Source: Octopus bimaculoides (lineage: Eukaryota). Taken from it: DNA of 40,953 nt. The translations under genes were made by a program, and so were the position numbers. The stretch lies in assembly GCF_001194135.2 (NCBI RefSeq), contig NC_068985.1, forward strand, positions 19,627,801-19,668,753. The letters run 5' to 3'. Of this stretch, positions 10,922-22,944 are shown in pieces; position 1 is the first letter of the stretch; each line of letters opens with the position of its first letter. The notes beneath the pieces were generated by a model. It worked only from the letters and a program-made list of their open reading frames with translations. It ran no database searches and was not told the origin of the DNA.

Positions 10922-11950
10922 TCATCATCATCGTTTAACGTCCGTTTTCCATGCTGGCATGGGTTGGACGGTTCGACTGGAGTCTGGGAAGCCAGGAGGC
11001 TGTACTAGGCTCCAGTCTGATCTGGCAGTGTTTCTACAGCTGGATGCCCTTCCTAACGCCAACCACTCTGAGAGTGTAGTGGGTGCTTTTTATGTGCCAC
11101 CGGCACGGGCCAGAGGAGGCTGGCAACAACCACAATCGGTTGGTGCTTTTTACGTGCCATCGGCACAGGAGCCAGTCAAGTCGGCGCTGACATCGGCCAC
11201 GTTCAGATGGTGCTTTTTATGTGCCACCGGTATGGGGATCACAACTACAATTTCCATTTGATTTTGATGTACATGACTCAATAGGTCTCCTCAAGCACAG
11301 CATGTCGCCCTATGATCCAAAGTACTTTTGAGTGGGCTGGGGATGGTTGTGCGACCCTGGTGTAGGTTATGGCTGCGAACTCACTTTATTTGCCGGGTCT
11401 TTGCAGTCATCATATCTCCAGAGGTCTCGGTCTTTTGTCATTGCCTCTGTTCGGAGGTCGTGCTTCACCACCGCATCCCAGGTCTTCCTGGGTCTCCCTC
11501 TACTCTGGATTCCTTCAACTGTTTCGTCATGCAGCTCTCCTCATCCATCCGTATTACATGACCATACTAGCGCAAACGTCTCTCTTGCATGCCACATCTG
11601 ATGCTTCTTATGTCCAACATTTCTCTCTGGGCACTTACACTCTGTCGTGTGTGCACACTGACACTACACACCCAGCGGATCATACTAGCTTCATTTCTTT
11701 TGAGCCTACACATGTCCTTAGCAGTCATGGCCCATGTTTCACTGACATGAAGCATGGCAGTTCGCACACATGCATCATACAATCTACCTTTCACTCTGAG
11801 TGAGCAGCAAGCTTTCTGAACTTTGCCCAGGCTATTCTTATTCTAGTGGTAACACTCTCTGACCATCCACCCCAACTACAGACTTGGTCACCTAGGTAGC
11901 AGAAGCTATCAACTACTTCTAGTTTCTCCCCCTGGCATAGAAACGCTTAC
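10922..11950 (-). mobile_element. 5'-truncated RTE-clade LINE (C-terminal RT region, 3' UTR and (GAT)n tail)
   Basis: Minus-strand peptides QGEKLEVVDSFCYLGD, TTRIRIAWAKFR, GRLYDACVRTAMLHVSETW and MQERRLRWYGHV. 3' end ...ggaaaacggacgttaaacgatgatgatga. Confidence 0.88.
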
Positions 11951-12424
11951 AGCTAAAAATACCTGCCATAAAAGCTAATAACCAGTTCTCCTTTTTAAAA
12001 ATGATGTAACAACTGGTTTGCACAAACCTGTGTAAACTGGCTTTAATATAATGGAGAATTACCAGGATAGAAATTACTCTATTGTGAGTAAGAAGTATGG
12101 TTCAATGGTATTATTATCATGCTAAAGGTAAACATACAAGATAATACTCATAGGCCTAGGAACTAAGGTATGATGATTGAAGAGTATATAGAACAGAACA
12201 GCACCTCATCACTAATACTGATATGTCATATTTTGGCAAGGACACAATCAAACTGAAGGTCAAGGTTCATGTCCCACTTTTATTACTTTAATACTTTGTT
12301 TCTTCATTGCTTCCTATCAAATTACATGCTGATCTTACTTAAGCCCTTCACTCTCTATGAACAATAGGCTTTTTACACTTTCTCCTTAAAGGGAAAAATT
12401 CCATTTTACCCATAAAATTAAATA

Positions 12425-12610
12425 TCATCATCATTTAATGTCTGTTTTCCATGCTGGCATGGCTTAGACAGTTTGGCAAATGCTGAAGAGCTGCACCAGA
12501 CTCCTAATTATTTCTGCTTTGGCATGATTCCTACAGCTGGGTCCTCTTCCTAATGTTAGCCTCTTTACAGAGCGTACTGAGTGCTTTTTACATGGCACCA
12601 GCATGGAAAT
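12425..12610 (-). mobile_element. Copy of the RTE 3' UTR
   Basis: catcatcatttaatgtctgttttccatgctggcatgg...ctacagctgg...gtgctttttacatggcacc matches 10922-11110. Confidence 0.75.
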
Positions 12611-14224
12611 GGCATCCTGCAATTGAGTCCTATTATTTATTACTACTTACTTAAGCTCTTCACTTCCTATAGAATATCAGCCATTGATGACGTTTCTCCT
12701 CTGTTCTTGACATTGGGCTGTCTTTACTGCTGCTTCTAGGTCTTGTTGGTTTTGAATTATCAATGCTTCTGTAACCCTACTTTTCTCTAGGTAGAGGTGT
12801 TGATCTATGCAAACCCATTTTCACTTCTGGGATGAGGTGGTCCATATTAGTCTTGTCTCTGTCCTTTGAACTGTCCTGCATGGGAGGCCCTGCCTGGAGC
12901 TTACACTCTGCTAGAATAGCTTTCAGTATCATGAAAACACACAAGTTACCATACCACAACAAAGACTGGACCGTGTGAATTCTGATGTTACTTATGGTAA
13001 ATTTTGTATTTGGATATCTAACATAATTATATGGGGATACTTGCAAAGTAAAATGATTAATAAAATACAAATGGTAACTTTGCTCTTTTCTCTCCCCAAC
13101 ATACAGAAGTACAGTTGTCATGATGCAGATACACAACTACACTCAGTCTGACCTCGTATCACCTTATTTCCTCTTTCACATTGGCCACTCCCACCCTTTA
13201 ACTGTCAAGTATCCAATCAGAATACTAAACCACTCCTACTGAATAAATTAATCCATATTATGTTTTATTATGAGAACTGAATACAATATGCATGCATAAT
13301 TATAATTTTTTTTTTTTTTTATTGCTAGAAACCTGACAAAGAGTAACTCATAAATGTCTCTATTAATAGAAAGATATTGAAAACCCACACACACACACAA
13401 ATCCTGGAAACCAAGAAATAGATATATGTTGTTCCTCAATCATTTCTATCATAGCACCAAATTGCCAATACACAGTTTCAGAAATTAGATGATGTTTTCT
13501 GTACAAATTGGCTGATATTATCATGATTGATATTTATCATAATCAATATCAAATTGGAAGGCATGATTAAATCCAGCAAATGGAGCATGGAAAGTTGGAC
13601 AGAACTTCACCGTTATCAGTCTAGAATAAAAACCAAAAGTATTTGATAATAAAAGTCTTATATATTTTTTAATTTTTTGACATGTAATTCTTTATGCCTT
13701 GCCAAGCTATCCAGTTCATTGAAACAAACAACATAGATTCTCCTGGATGGCTTGTAGCTCTCTAGTTAGGTTGAATTTACCAGCCTTTTTATAGCTGTTA
13801 ACCATCCTTCTAGAATCTTCAGCCAAATAGTTTGGTGGGAAAACTTGCCTACTTCCTTTGCAGTTTGCCTCCTCAGCCATAAGTCAACCAGTGCTGACTA
13901 ATTGGGCCATATTCACATAGGTATTAATAACTTTTATGGAAATATATTATTTCATGGTTCTAGACTGGGGAAAATCTGTGAGCTATGGTTCAAATCTCAG
14001 CCACAGTGTTGCTACAAATGAAATAAAGCCAATGTTGATATATCACGCTGAGAATTTTATCCATTCTTTTTCCATTATTTCATTAAACTGGTGACATGTT
14101 ATATGAGGAGGTGGTGAAAAATTCCTAGCTTTAAGAGTATCATGGAAGCCCAACCTTCCAAGTTCTTTTAAAGGGCTTAAAGAAATTCAAGGACTGCTGC
14201 AATAAGTGTGTACATCTGAGAGGT

Positions 14225-14465
14225 AAAGTTACCTTTTTGAGTTATGCTGACTCACAAGGGCCAGGTTCATGGCACATATTCCCCACCTGGACTGGATGCC
14301 AGTTTATCACAGGATTATTGATTTTTGCCAACTCAGTGGACTGGAGCAACATGAAATGAAGTGTTTCACTCAAGAACACAGCATGTCACCTGGTCCAGGA
14401 ATCCAAACCACAATCTTACAATCATGAGTCTAATACCCGAACCACTAAGCCATGCGCCTCCACAA
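14225..14465 (-). mobile_element. tRNA-derived SINE (family 3), partial
   Basis: Reverse complement of the 15935 family head (ggagcaacatgaaatgaagtgtttcactcaagaacac...accactaagccatgcgcctcc). Confidence 0.7.
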
Positions 14466-14811
14466 TCTGAAAGGGGAATATGTTGAATAAAATCATAATT
14501 AACTGATCCTACTGTATTTTCTGTCACCCAAAGCTAAGAACTTTTCAGCATTCCCTCATATATGCGTGTGTGCATGTATATACAACTTTATATAATGTGT
14601 CTTTTTTTTTTAAGAGAGTAGGATATGATCTGAGAGATTTGGTTGCAAAATATGACAGGTCAGATGATCATGTAGAGGTTTCTTCAATTGTCTCAACATT
14701 ACAAACATTGAACATTGCTGTAACGTACAAAATCACTTATAGAAACTGCATGGTACAACAATTGTTATGGTATTAATATTATCATAGCTCCATCTTTTAA
14801 TTTAGAGACTA

Positions 14812-15030
14812 CACCTTCATCATCATCATGTTAGTGTCGACTTTTCCAAGCTCATGTGGACTGTATGGAATTTGTTGAGGTAAATTTTCTATGTCTGGAT
14901 GCTTTTCCTGTTGCCAACCTCCACCTGTTTCCAAGTTGTTGTAATATTTCCCCATTGCCAGATTTGTTTTCACTGATAACTGGAAATGAGGAATAGTTGT
15001 ATGACAGTGACACTTGTTTGTAACTATCAT
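14812..15030 (-). mobile_element. RTE-tail-related repeat (second subfamily)
   Basis: (CAT)n followed by tggaatttgttgaggtaaattttctatgtctggatgc...cctccacctgtttccaag. Related copies lie at 21920-22125 (-) and 31375-31600 (+). Confidence 0.65.
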
Positions 15031-15175
15031 GCAAAGTCAAGACACACATACATATATGCATGCATACATATACAGTCATAGATATACATACACACATATA
15101 TACATAGAGAAACATAATGATGCAGATAAATAAACACACTTGGGCTTGATATAAAATACACACACACACACGCAT

Positions 15176-15213
<38 letters not shown>

Positions 15214-15354
15214 GTATGTATGTAAATATAATATATATAGGAATATATAGAGAAGGATATGATTATACATGAATGTTTATCTTCTGAATATTTTCAGTTT
15301 TTCTTCCTCTCTCAATATATATATCTATATATCTATCTATATATATATATATAT

Positions 15355-15661
15355 NNNNNNNNNNNNNNNNNNNNNNNNNNNNNNNNNNNNNNNNNNNNNN
15401 NNNNNNNNNNNNNNNNNNNNNNNNNNNNNNNNNNNNNNNNNNNNNNNNNNNNNNNNNNNNNNNNNNNNNNNNNNNNNNNNNNNNNNNNNNNNNNNNNNNN
15501 NNNNNNNNNNNNNNNNNNNNNNNNNNNNNNNNNNNNNNNNNNNNNNNNNNNNNNNNNNNNNNNNNNNNNNNNNNNNNNNNNNNNNNNNNNNNNNNNNNNN
15601 NNNNNNNNNNNNNNNNNNNNNNNNNNNNNNNNNNNNNNNNNNNNNNNNNNNNNNNNNNNNN
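15355..15661. other. Assembly gap (307 N) flanked by (AT)-rich microsatellite
   Basis: Run of N. Confidence 0.99.
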
Positions 15662-15934
15662 TATATAATGTATGTATGTATGTATGTATATATACATATG
15701 TATATATAAAGTATATATATGTATGAGAAAGTATTTTCCATGCTTTGAAGATCTGTCATCTTCTTTCAGCAAACAAGAAAGCCACTTAGTGGTTTTCCTC
15801 TGAGTGTATAATTACCTATGGTTATACACATATATATAAAAATAATTTACAGTCTACGGACAATTTTTTATGCATGCTGACCACTGGTATAAATTATTAA
15901 TTTTAATAATTTCTACCCTTAATATACTTAATAT

Positions 15935-16258
15935 ACTCAGTGGTTAGAGCATCGAGCTTACGATCATGAGGTTGTGAGTTCGATTCCCGGACTGGGCTGT
16001 GCGTTGTGTTCTTGAGCAAGACACTTTATTTCATGTTGCTCCAGTTCACTCAGCTGTAGAAATGAGTTGTGACATCACTGGTGCCAAGCTGTATTGGCCT
16101 TTCCCTTTCCCTTGGATAACATCAGTGATATGGAGAGGGGAAGCTGGTATGCATGGATGACTGCTGGCCTTCCACAAACAACCTTGCCCAGACTTGTGCC
16201 TCGGAGGGTTACTTTCTAGGTGCAATCCCATGGTCATTCATGACCGAAGGGGGTCTCC
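15935..16258 (+). mobile_element. tRNA-derived SINE (family 3) with CORE-like central domain
   Basis: A-box-like ctcagtggttagagc, B-box gagttcgattccc, then tgtgttcttgagcaagacacttt...gctccagttcactcagctg...aatgagt. Confidence 0.8.
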
Positions 16259-16264
16259 TCCTCA

Positions 16265-16299
<35 letters not shown>

Positions 16300-16309
16300 C
16301 ATATATACA

Positions 16310-16575
16310 GTCCACACTGTGAAGTGGTTGGCATTTGGAAGGACATCCAGCTGTAAAAAAACCATGCCAAAACTGACCTTGCCTGTGCTGGTGTCATGTT
16401 AAAAGCACTTGATCCACTCTGTGAAGTGGTTAGTGTTAGGAAGGGCATCTAGCCATAAAAAACTATACCAAAACAGACACTGAAGTTTCATGCAGTTTTC
16501 TGCCTCGTCAGCTCCTGTAAAACTGTCCAACCCATGCCAGCATGGAAAGTAGACATTAAATGATGACAATGATAT
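16310..16575 (+). mobile_element. Copy of the RTE 3' UTR
   Basis: ggaaggacatccagctgtaaaa (partly duplicated)...ccaacccatgccagcatggaaagtagacattaaatgatgac. Confidence 0.75.
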
Positions 16576-18049
16576 CTATCTATCTACACACAAATGGGCT
16601 TCTTTCCATTTCAGATTACCAAATCCACTTGCAGAACATTGGTTAGCCTGGGATTATAGTAGAAAAACACTTGTCCAAGGCTCCATGTAGTGAAACTGAA
16701 CCTGGAACCATGTGGTTGGAAGGCAAATTTCTTACCACACAGCCATGCTTCTGGCTATGTTCAATACTTCTCTTGGCTACAATCTACCATTTGAGAATGA
16801 GTATTGTAATAATAAGATGGATCACTTATTAATCAGAATTACATTACATACTTTGGTACAGTGAAAGGATGGAAAATTTATACCAGAAAAAAAAAAGAAA
16901 AATGAAATAGCTCAATGGAGAACTAAAAATTATTGATATCACAGAGAACATAGCGTTAAATTATTATTTTTTTTCTTAACTTCTGCTGAATCAATTTATA
17001 GATTGTTTAATCAAGTTTCCAGATATTAACTGTTATTGTCACTACCTGTTTTCAATCTCCTACTCCTACTACCATTGTCTTCAATAGCCTGTTTGAAGTT
17101 TTGCCGCAGTCATCTTTCTATTGTTGTGCATTTTTATTAGTGATGTTATCGTTGCCAATACATAAAGTGAATGAAATAAATAAACGAACAAAAAAAAAAA
17201 AGAAGAAACCGGAATTTTTATCAACAAGTTCTGGAAAGTGTATATAGTAGTGATTGGTCGTGAGTGAATGTGCAATTTGGCAGTGTGTCTGTGATCATAC
17301 TGTTTTGTTTTCCTTTTTCTTTTTTTTGCTTTTTAAGAGATTTTGTTGCTTGTGAAATAGGATGTATAGTGTGTATACATACATACAAACAGACAGACAG
17401 ACTCACACACATACAAGTATACCTAAATATATCTGCATATGAGTATGTGTGTGTAAATGAAAAAATATATATGAAGTATATCTACTCTATATAATTGTAA
17501 AACAACAGATCCATATATTGGTAGCTAAATCATTTATGCATATCTGATCTGTTTCTGGTCTGTCTGTCTGTTTATGTATGTATTTATAAAACATATAAAA
17601 CATACTTATATTTATGCATATTTATATATATACATATGTGTGTGCATGTGTATGTTTACACATATTGTTTGATTCTCACTTGAATCACCATTTTGTTAAA
17701 GTAGTGCTGCTGTATAGGACTTAAAGGATCCTCCTCACCTTTTTGGGTAGTAGACACAGCGTGCAGATCTTAACATAACCACATGGCTTAAGTGTAACCT
17801 TTACAAAATTTACTCTATTGCAAGAATTCAAACTAGGCTCTTAGCAGGAGTTATCAAGACTTCATTGTGCACTAACATCTGCTTTACTTCCTTAGTTGCA
17901 AGGAGAAAAAAAAGAAAAAACTGATGGAAAATTCTTCTTCCTGTATTCCAACATCCATGTACTCTGATCCAACCTGAACCCCCATTCTTACATTGCTTCT
18001 TACCTATATGCAAATCACACATCCTTATTCCTCTCTAATACAGAAGTTT

Positions 18050-18580
18050 CTTAACTGTTATAGTTTCTCTGTTGTCCCAGCTACCCCTCTTTACCAAAAC
18101 TTTAATTTAAACATTGGTGCCTTTGCATATATAGATTAATTCCTCTACTTTCTACAATTCAACTGTTCTATCTGAAGATCAGCAACAAAGAATTCCAGTT
18201 ACTCTGGCTTAAAGTTTCCCTACTCCTTTTCTCCAAACACATATGCTTCCCCTACTACTCTCCAAACTCCTCTAACCACTAACTTTTCTGCTATACCTCC
18301 TCCTGTATTGAAGACATCTCTTTCTCCAAAGTCAGTGAATTTAGTCACTTTAATGCTCACAATTCTTCCTCAGCTCTCACACTTATCTCATACTGGAAAC
18401 AAAAAAAACAATTTTTCACTGCTCTTAACTCTCTATATCAGCAACTACATGTACACCTGACAAACACAAATGTTCTAAATACCTTTGACCTCTTTCTCAT
18501 TTCTAAACCCCAGAATTCTTGCAGACCATCACTGTCTTTGTCCAGCCATTGCCTTGTCATAACTACCCACATGTTCACAT
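18050..18580 (+). mobile_element. Degraded LINE APE endonuclease fragment
   Basis: Peptides FQLLWLKVSL, YYSPNSSN, SHFNAHN (GDFNxH motif) and NTFDLFLISKP...SSHCLV (LDL and SDH motifs). Confidence 0.6.
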
Positions 18581-19164
18581 ACTACATAATACCCACCAGA
18601 TCCCATGGTAGCTGAAGTTAGATTGCTGGTCAGCACTCTGCTAGTTCTAGGCTAATTGTTCCTAGCAGACAGTTAACTAACAATTCAAGCAAAATAATAG
18701 CAACAATTTTATTGGTATCAGAGGACCCATGAAAGAGATGTGCACAGCTCTTTCCAAGACAATAAAAAAAATCCCTTCTTGTCATTGTTGGAAAATACTA
18801 TGGGTCCTAGCATTTCTCTCTAGGTGTAATTATGCTATTATTTCTTAACAAATCTGATATTATCGAAAGAAAAAATAACAGAAAACAATTAAGAGCAACA
18901 ATTCTTATTTGTAGCCATTCGCTGAGATAACTTCAAATTTCCTCTTCTGTATAAATCTGAGACCAATAACAACAAAAAGACTATAGAATTTTATATATTT
19001 TATTTGATGTTTTAGTAAAAAATTGTCCTACTTTACAACATAAAAGGTCAAACATTTAATGCAGAGATAAAATGTCTTAAAATATCATTGAACAGATAAA
19101 AGTTAGAGTTTGTTTTAAGAACATTCAATAGAATATAAGTGACAACACACATGGAAACTATTCA

Positions 19165-19397
19165 TCAGATATTAATTTTGAAAAGATGTTGGATGTTTAC
19201 TATTCTTCCTTTGAAAAAGTACAAGTTTACTAATCCACGGGGAAGGTTCAGATCAGCCAGTGCCATTAGCATCTTACCAAACCGGGAAGCTGGGTCACGG
19301 TCCTTGGACTGGGTACTGATATACTGAGACAATGAAATGTACAACTGCTCTAAGTAAGCTTCTGCTCGACACTCCTCCAGTAAATTTAATTCTTTCA
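19165..19397 (-). CDS. NR2E5: NR terminal exon: LBD helices 9-12 ([18 protein letters not shown]...[13 protein letters not shown]...[19 protein letters not shown])
   Basis: Acceptor gttctttcag|tg, RFGKxL motif, TGA at 19167-19165, AATAAA about 160 nt downstream (19004-18999). Confidence 0.9.
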
Positions 19398-21236
19398 CTG
19401 AAAGAACAATGAAACCATGTGATTGCCCAATAAATATTGCATTTGTGTGAAAGCGAGAAAAAATGAAATAGAATGTCCAAGATAGGGAAAACAAAGCAAT
19501 AGGTCTTCTTACTCATTCTCTTTCACTTGAAATGTTTAGTACAGCACTGTGAGTTTAAACCACATGACAAACATTGCAAAGGCACATAACTTAATTTAGT
19601 TCTACCCTCAGTTCTTTGATACAAATTTCCTGTTTTAACATGATCTATATTAAAACCTATCAAAATTTCATATTACTTTATGCCCTAAACATAACTTTCT
19701 GATGAACGTTATTTTACTAAATTCTTCATTATTTTCAAAATTATTTGAATCAAAGTTAGTATATTTCAATGGAAATATAGTAACAAGGCAGTCGAGAAAA
19801 ATCATCCAAAATAGATACAAAGAAAATTATCTAAACTCTTTGATTAATCTTGGTACAGTTTCACACTTCCTCTTTTACAGCCAAATCTTGTTCACCTTAT
19901 CAACTTGAAACTTCAACTTGTTATATTAAGTTCAGAAAAAAAGTCAAACCAAAAGGTCAGACATTATTTCCAGAAGTGTAGGAGAGAAAAGTTTAAAGCT
20001 AAGTGACATTACTAATTAAATAATGGTTTTTAATATAGGCACAAGGCCAACAGTTTTGAGTGGAAAGGGCAAGCTCATTATATCAACAGAGGTTGATATC
20101 CTCAAATTGAAATTCTACATTAACACCTGGATGGTTGAAATGCAAAGTTCATTTCAGTAGGATTTGAACTCAGAATGCAAAGAGCTGAAAGAAATACGCA
20201 AAATATTTTTCTCAACATTCCAATGATTCTGCCAACTCACTACTCTTTGTACTAATTACATAACAGTAATTGTTTAAACTCTTGAGCAAAATTACCCTTA
20301 AGTATAAGCTGAAATTCTTAACAAAAGTGAAAATCCTTTCAGCAGGTTCAAATCTTAATTCAGCCCTTCTATAGGTGGACTTGGGGTATGAGGTGTGTGG
20401 AATTTACAAGAATGTTGTGGAAGAGCAATTATGTATTCCAAGTAGTTTGTTGGTGGAAAGATCAAGGAAGTCTCCAATTGTCCGTTTTGGCATGGTTTCT
20501 ATAGCTGGATGCCCTTCCTAACACCAACCACTTTACATTGTACTGGATGTTTTTTTACATGGCACTAGCACCAGTACTTTATATGTGGCACTGGCATAAG
20601 ATGCTCAAGGGTTAATAAATCGTAGTGATTCCAGTACTTATTTCTATCTGGTATTTATCTTATTGATCTGCATTTTAGTCTTTTATTATTTTTATGACCT
20701 CTGTGTCAATAAAATCAGTTTCCTTCTGAACTATACAGTTTCAAGTTCAATCCTTCTGTATGACGCCTTGAACTGTAGGCTGATCAAAGCTTTGTGAGTG
20801 GATTTGGTTGATAAAAACTGAAAGAAGCCTGCCATATTAGTGTATATGTACACACACGCACACGTGCATGTGTGTGTTTGTTTGTTTGTTTATTTACATC
20901 TGTGATCGCCTGTACAAAAGTACAATAGGTACTGTTGTTGATCATTTCTCCAGCCAATAAATCATCCAGTTATTTCCTACCTTTGAAACCAGATAGAATA
21001 AGAGATCCTTTAATTGAAAAACAGTTAAGGGTTAGCATCAGGAAAGGTATTCAACTGTAAAACAATATCTCAATATATTTGTCCAACTCATGCAATTATA
21101 GGGGAAAAGTATATAAAACAAAGAAGAAATATTTTATTGATTTGCTAAATGACCATTTTGACACAACATTAGATTAATTGCTGGCATTGTCAAACACATA
21201 AACACAAACATGAACGCACACACGCACACTTATATT

Positions 21237-21298
<62 letters not shown>

Positions 21299-22913
21299 AG
21301 CACACAGAGACAATTACACATGCAATCAGCTCTTCCAGAGTTTCAACTGACCAAATTCTATTCAAACATTATTAATTAACCTGAAGCAAAAGAATTTGCA
21401 CAAGGTGCCATGCAATGGGATTGAACTTAGAACTACATGGTTGCAAAGTGATTCTCTTAACCACACAGCCATGCCTGTATCTACATCCACTGTAAATGTT
21501 GCAGTGCTTTATATAATTCCCAGTATTTTTGTCATTTGCATCTATGGTTATGTTTATGTTACTGTGTGTGTGTGTGTGATATTTGGTTATGTCTCTGCTG
21601 TTGCTGGTAAGGAAGTAGACAGTGGATTTGGTAGGTGCTAATTTACATTTGTTGTTATGGAGCCAGGTTTCCAGGTGACTGGTATAATGCTGGAGTGTCA
21701 GAGTTGTTGAGCAGTTATATCTGGAGAATGAAGAGGGTGGTGGTGGGAGATTTTGTGTGATGTCATCTGCATATAAATTATGTGTGCTTTGTAGTATTTC
21801 TTAAGGAGGTGGTAAGTATTTTGTGTATAAGTAGATGATGAAGATGATGTTGAAAGCTTCACTAATATTGATAGTAGTTTAGACTGGAGATATTTTTCCT
21901 TGTTGTTGAAGCTATCATGATCAGCATCATTGTTTTAACGTCTATCTTTCCATGTTTGCATGGGTCAGATGGAATTTGTTGAGGCAAATTTTTTATTGCT
22001 CCATGCCCATCCTTTTGCTAAACTTCATTTGGTTCCAAGCAAAGAAATATTTTCCAATGCCCAGATATATTTTTCAGGAAAGACTAGAATTACACTACTT
22101 CCATTTGTCTGATAATGACATTTATTTATAACTAACTTGTGATATTAAAACAAGGAAAGAAAGAGAGAGAGAGAGACACGCACACACACACACACACACA
22201 TGCATGCACACGTGTACACACACACACACACACAATGGCTGTTGACTCATGACCAAGAAAGACCAGCAATGACAATTGCCCCTGCAGAATGTCAGCTTTG
22301 CCCATGCATGAGGTTATAGCGCCTGCAGTCAATTTCACATGGGTTTGTGCCTGTGATTTCCATGCTCCTACTTGACTCGACATCAGAAAATCACTTTACC
22401 ATCAATTGCACAACACAAAATTTTAGGCCCAATAAGGCTTACACAACACCTTACATACTGTCTCCACTCTATGGACATGATCTGGAGACAAATCAAGGTA
22501 AGATATCCAGTGCCAATATGGGTTGCAGGTTCAGGAGTGTTGGAGCGCCCTTATCTACATTGCAAGATCCCTAAAATGCTCAATGCTATTCCCTGCATAT
22601 CTGGTTTTATATCAGAGTGACCTCCTAGAAACATGCCTTAATAAAAAAACTGAAGGATGCTCACTCTCAGTGGTCTTCCAGCATACCAGACACCAATCCG
22701 GAATTTCTGAGTGCCTGTGCTAGACAGTGGTTGAACCTACACTAGGTTCATCTGTCCTTTGACAGGTTTTGTTTTTAGTCCTTCTAGCAACCCTCCTCAC
22801 CATGCAAGCTGAGTGAAGATGCTGGTTTAGTTGCCAACTATACAACAGGTTGTACTGGATTCCATGTTACCAGTAGCACTCATGAAAGGCCCCACAACTG
22901 ACCTGACATTCAT

Positions 22914-22944
<31 letters not shown>

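Noticed and set aside
14570-14776. Protein-like ORF (RVGYDLRDLVAKYDRSDD...)
   Set aside because: The reverse strand (acctctacatgatcatctgacctg...gcaaccaaatctctc...tcttaaaaaa) resembles a repeat 3' end I recall from octopus DNA, and I found no linked exons.
15076-15772. Long ORFs in the track around the gap
   Set aside because: Artefacts of N runs and (AT)/(CA) microsatellites.
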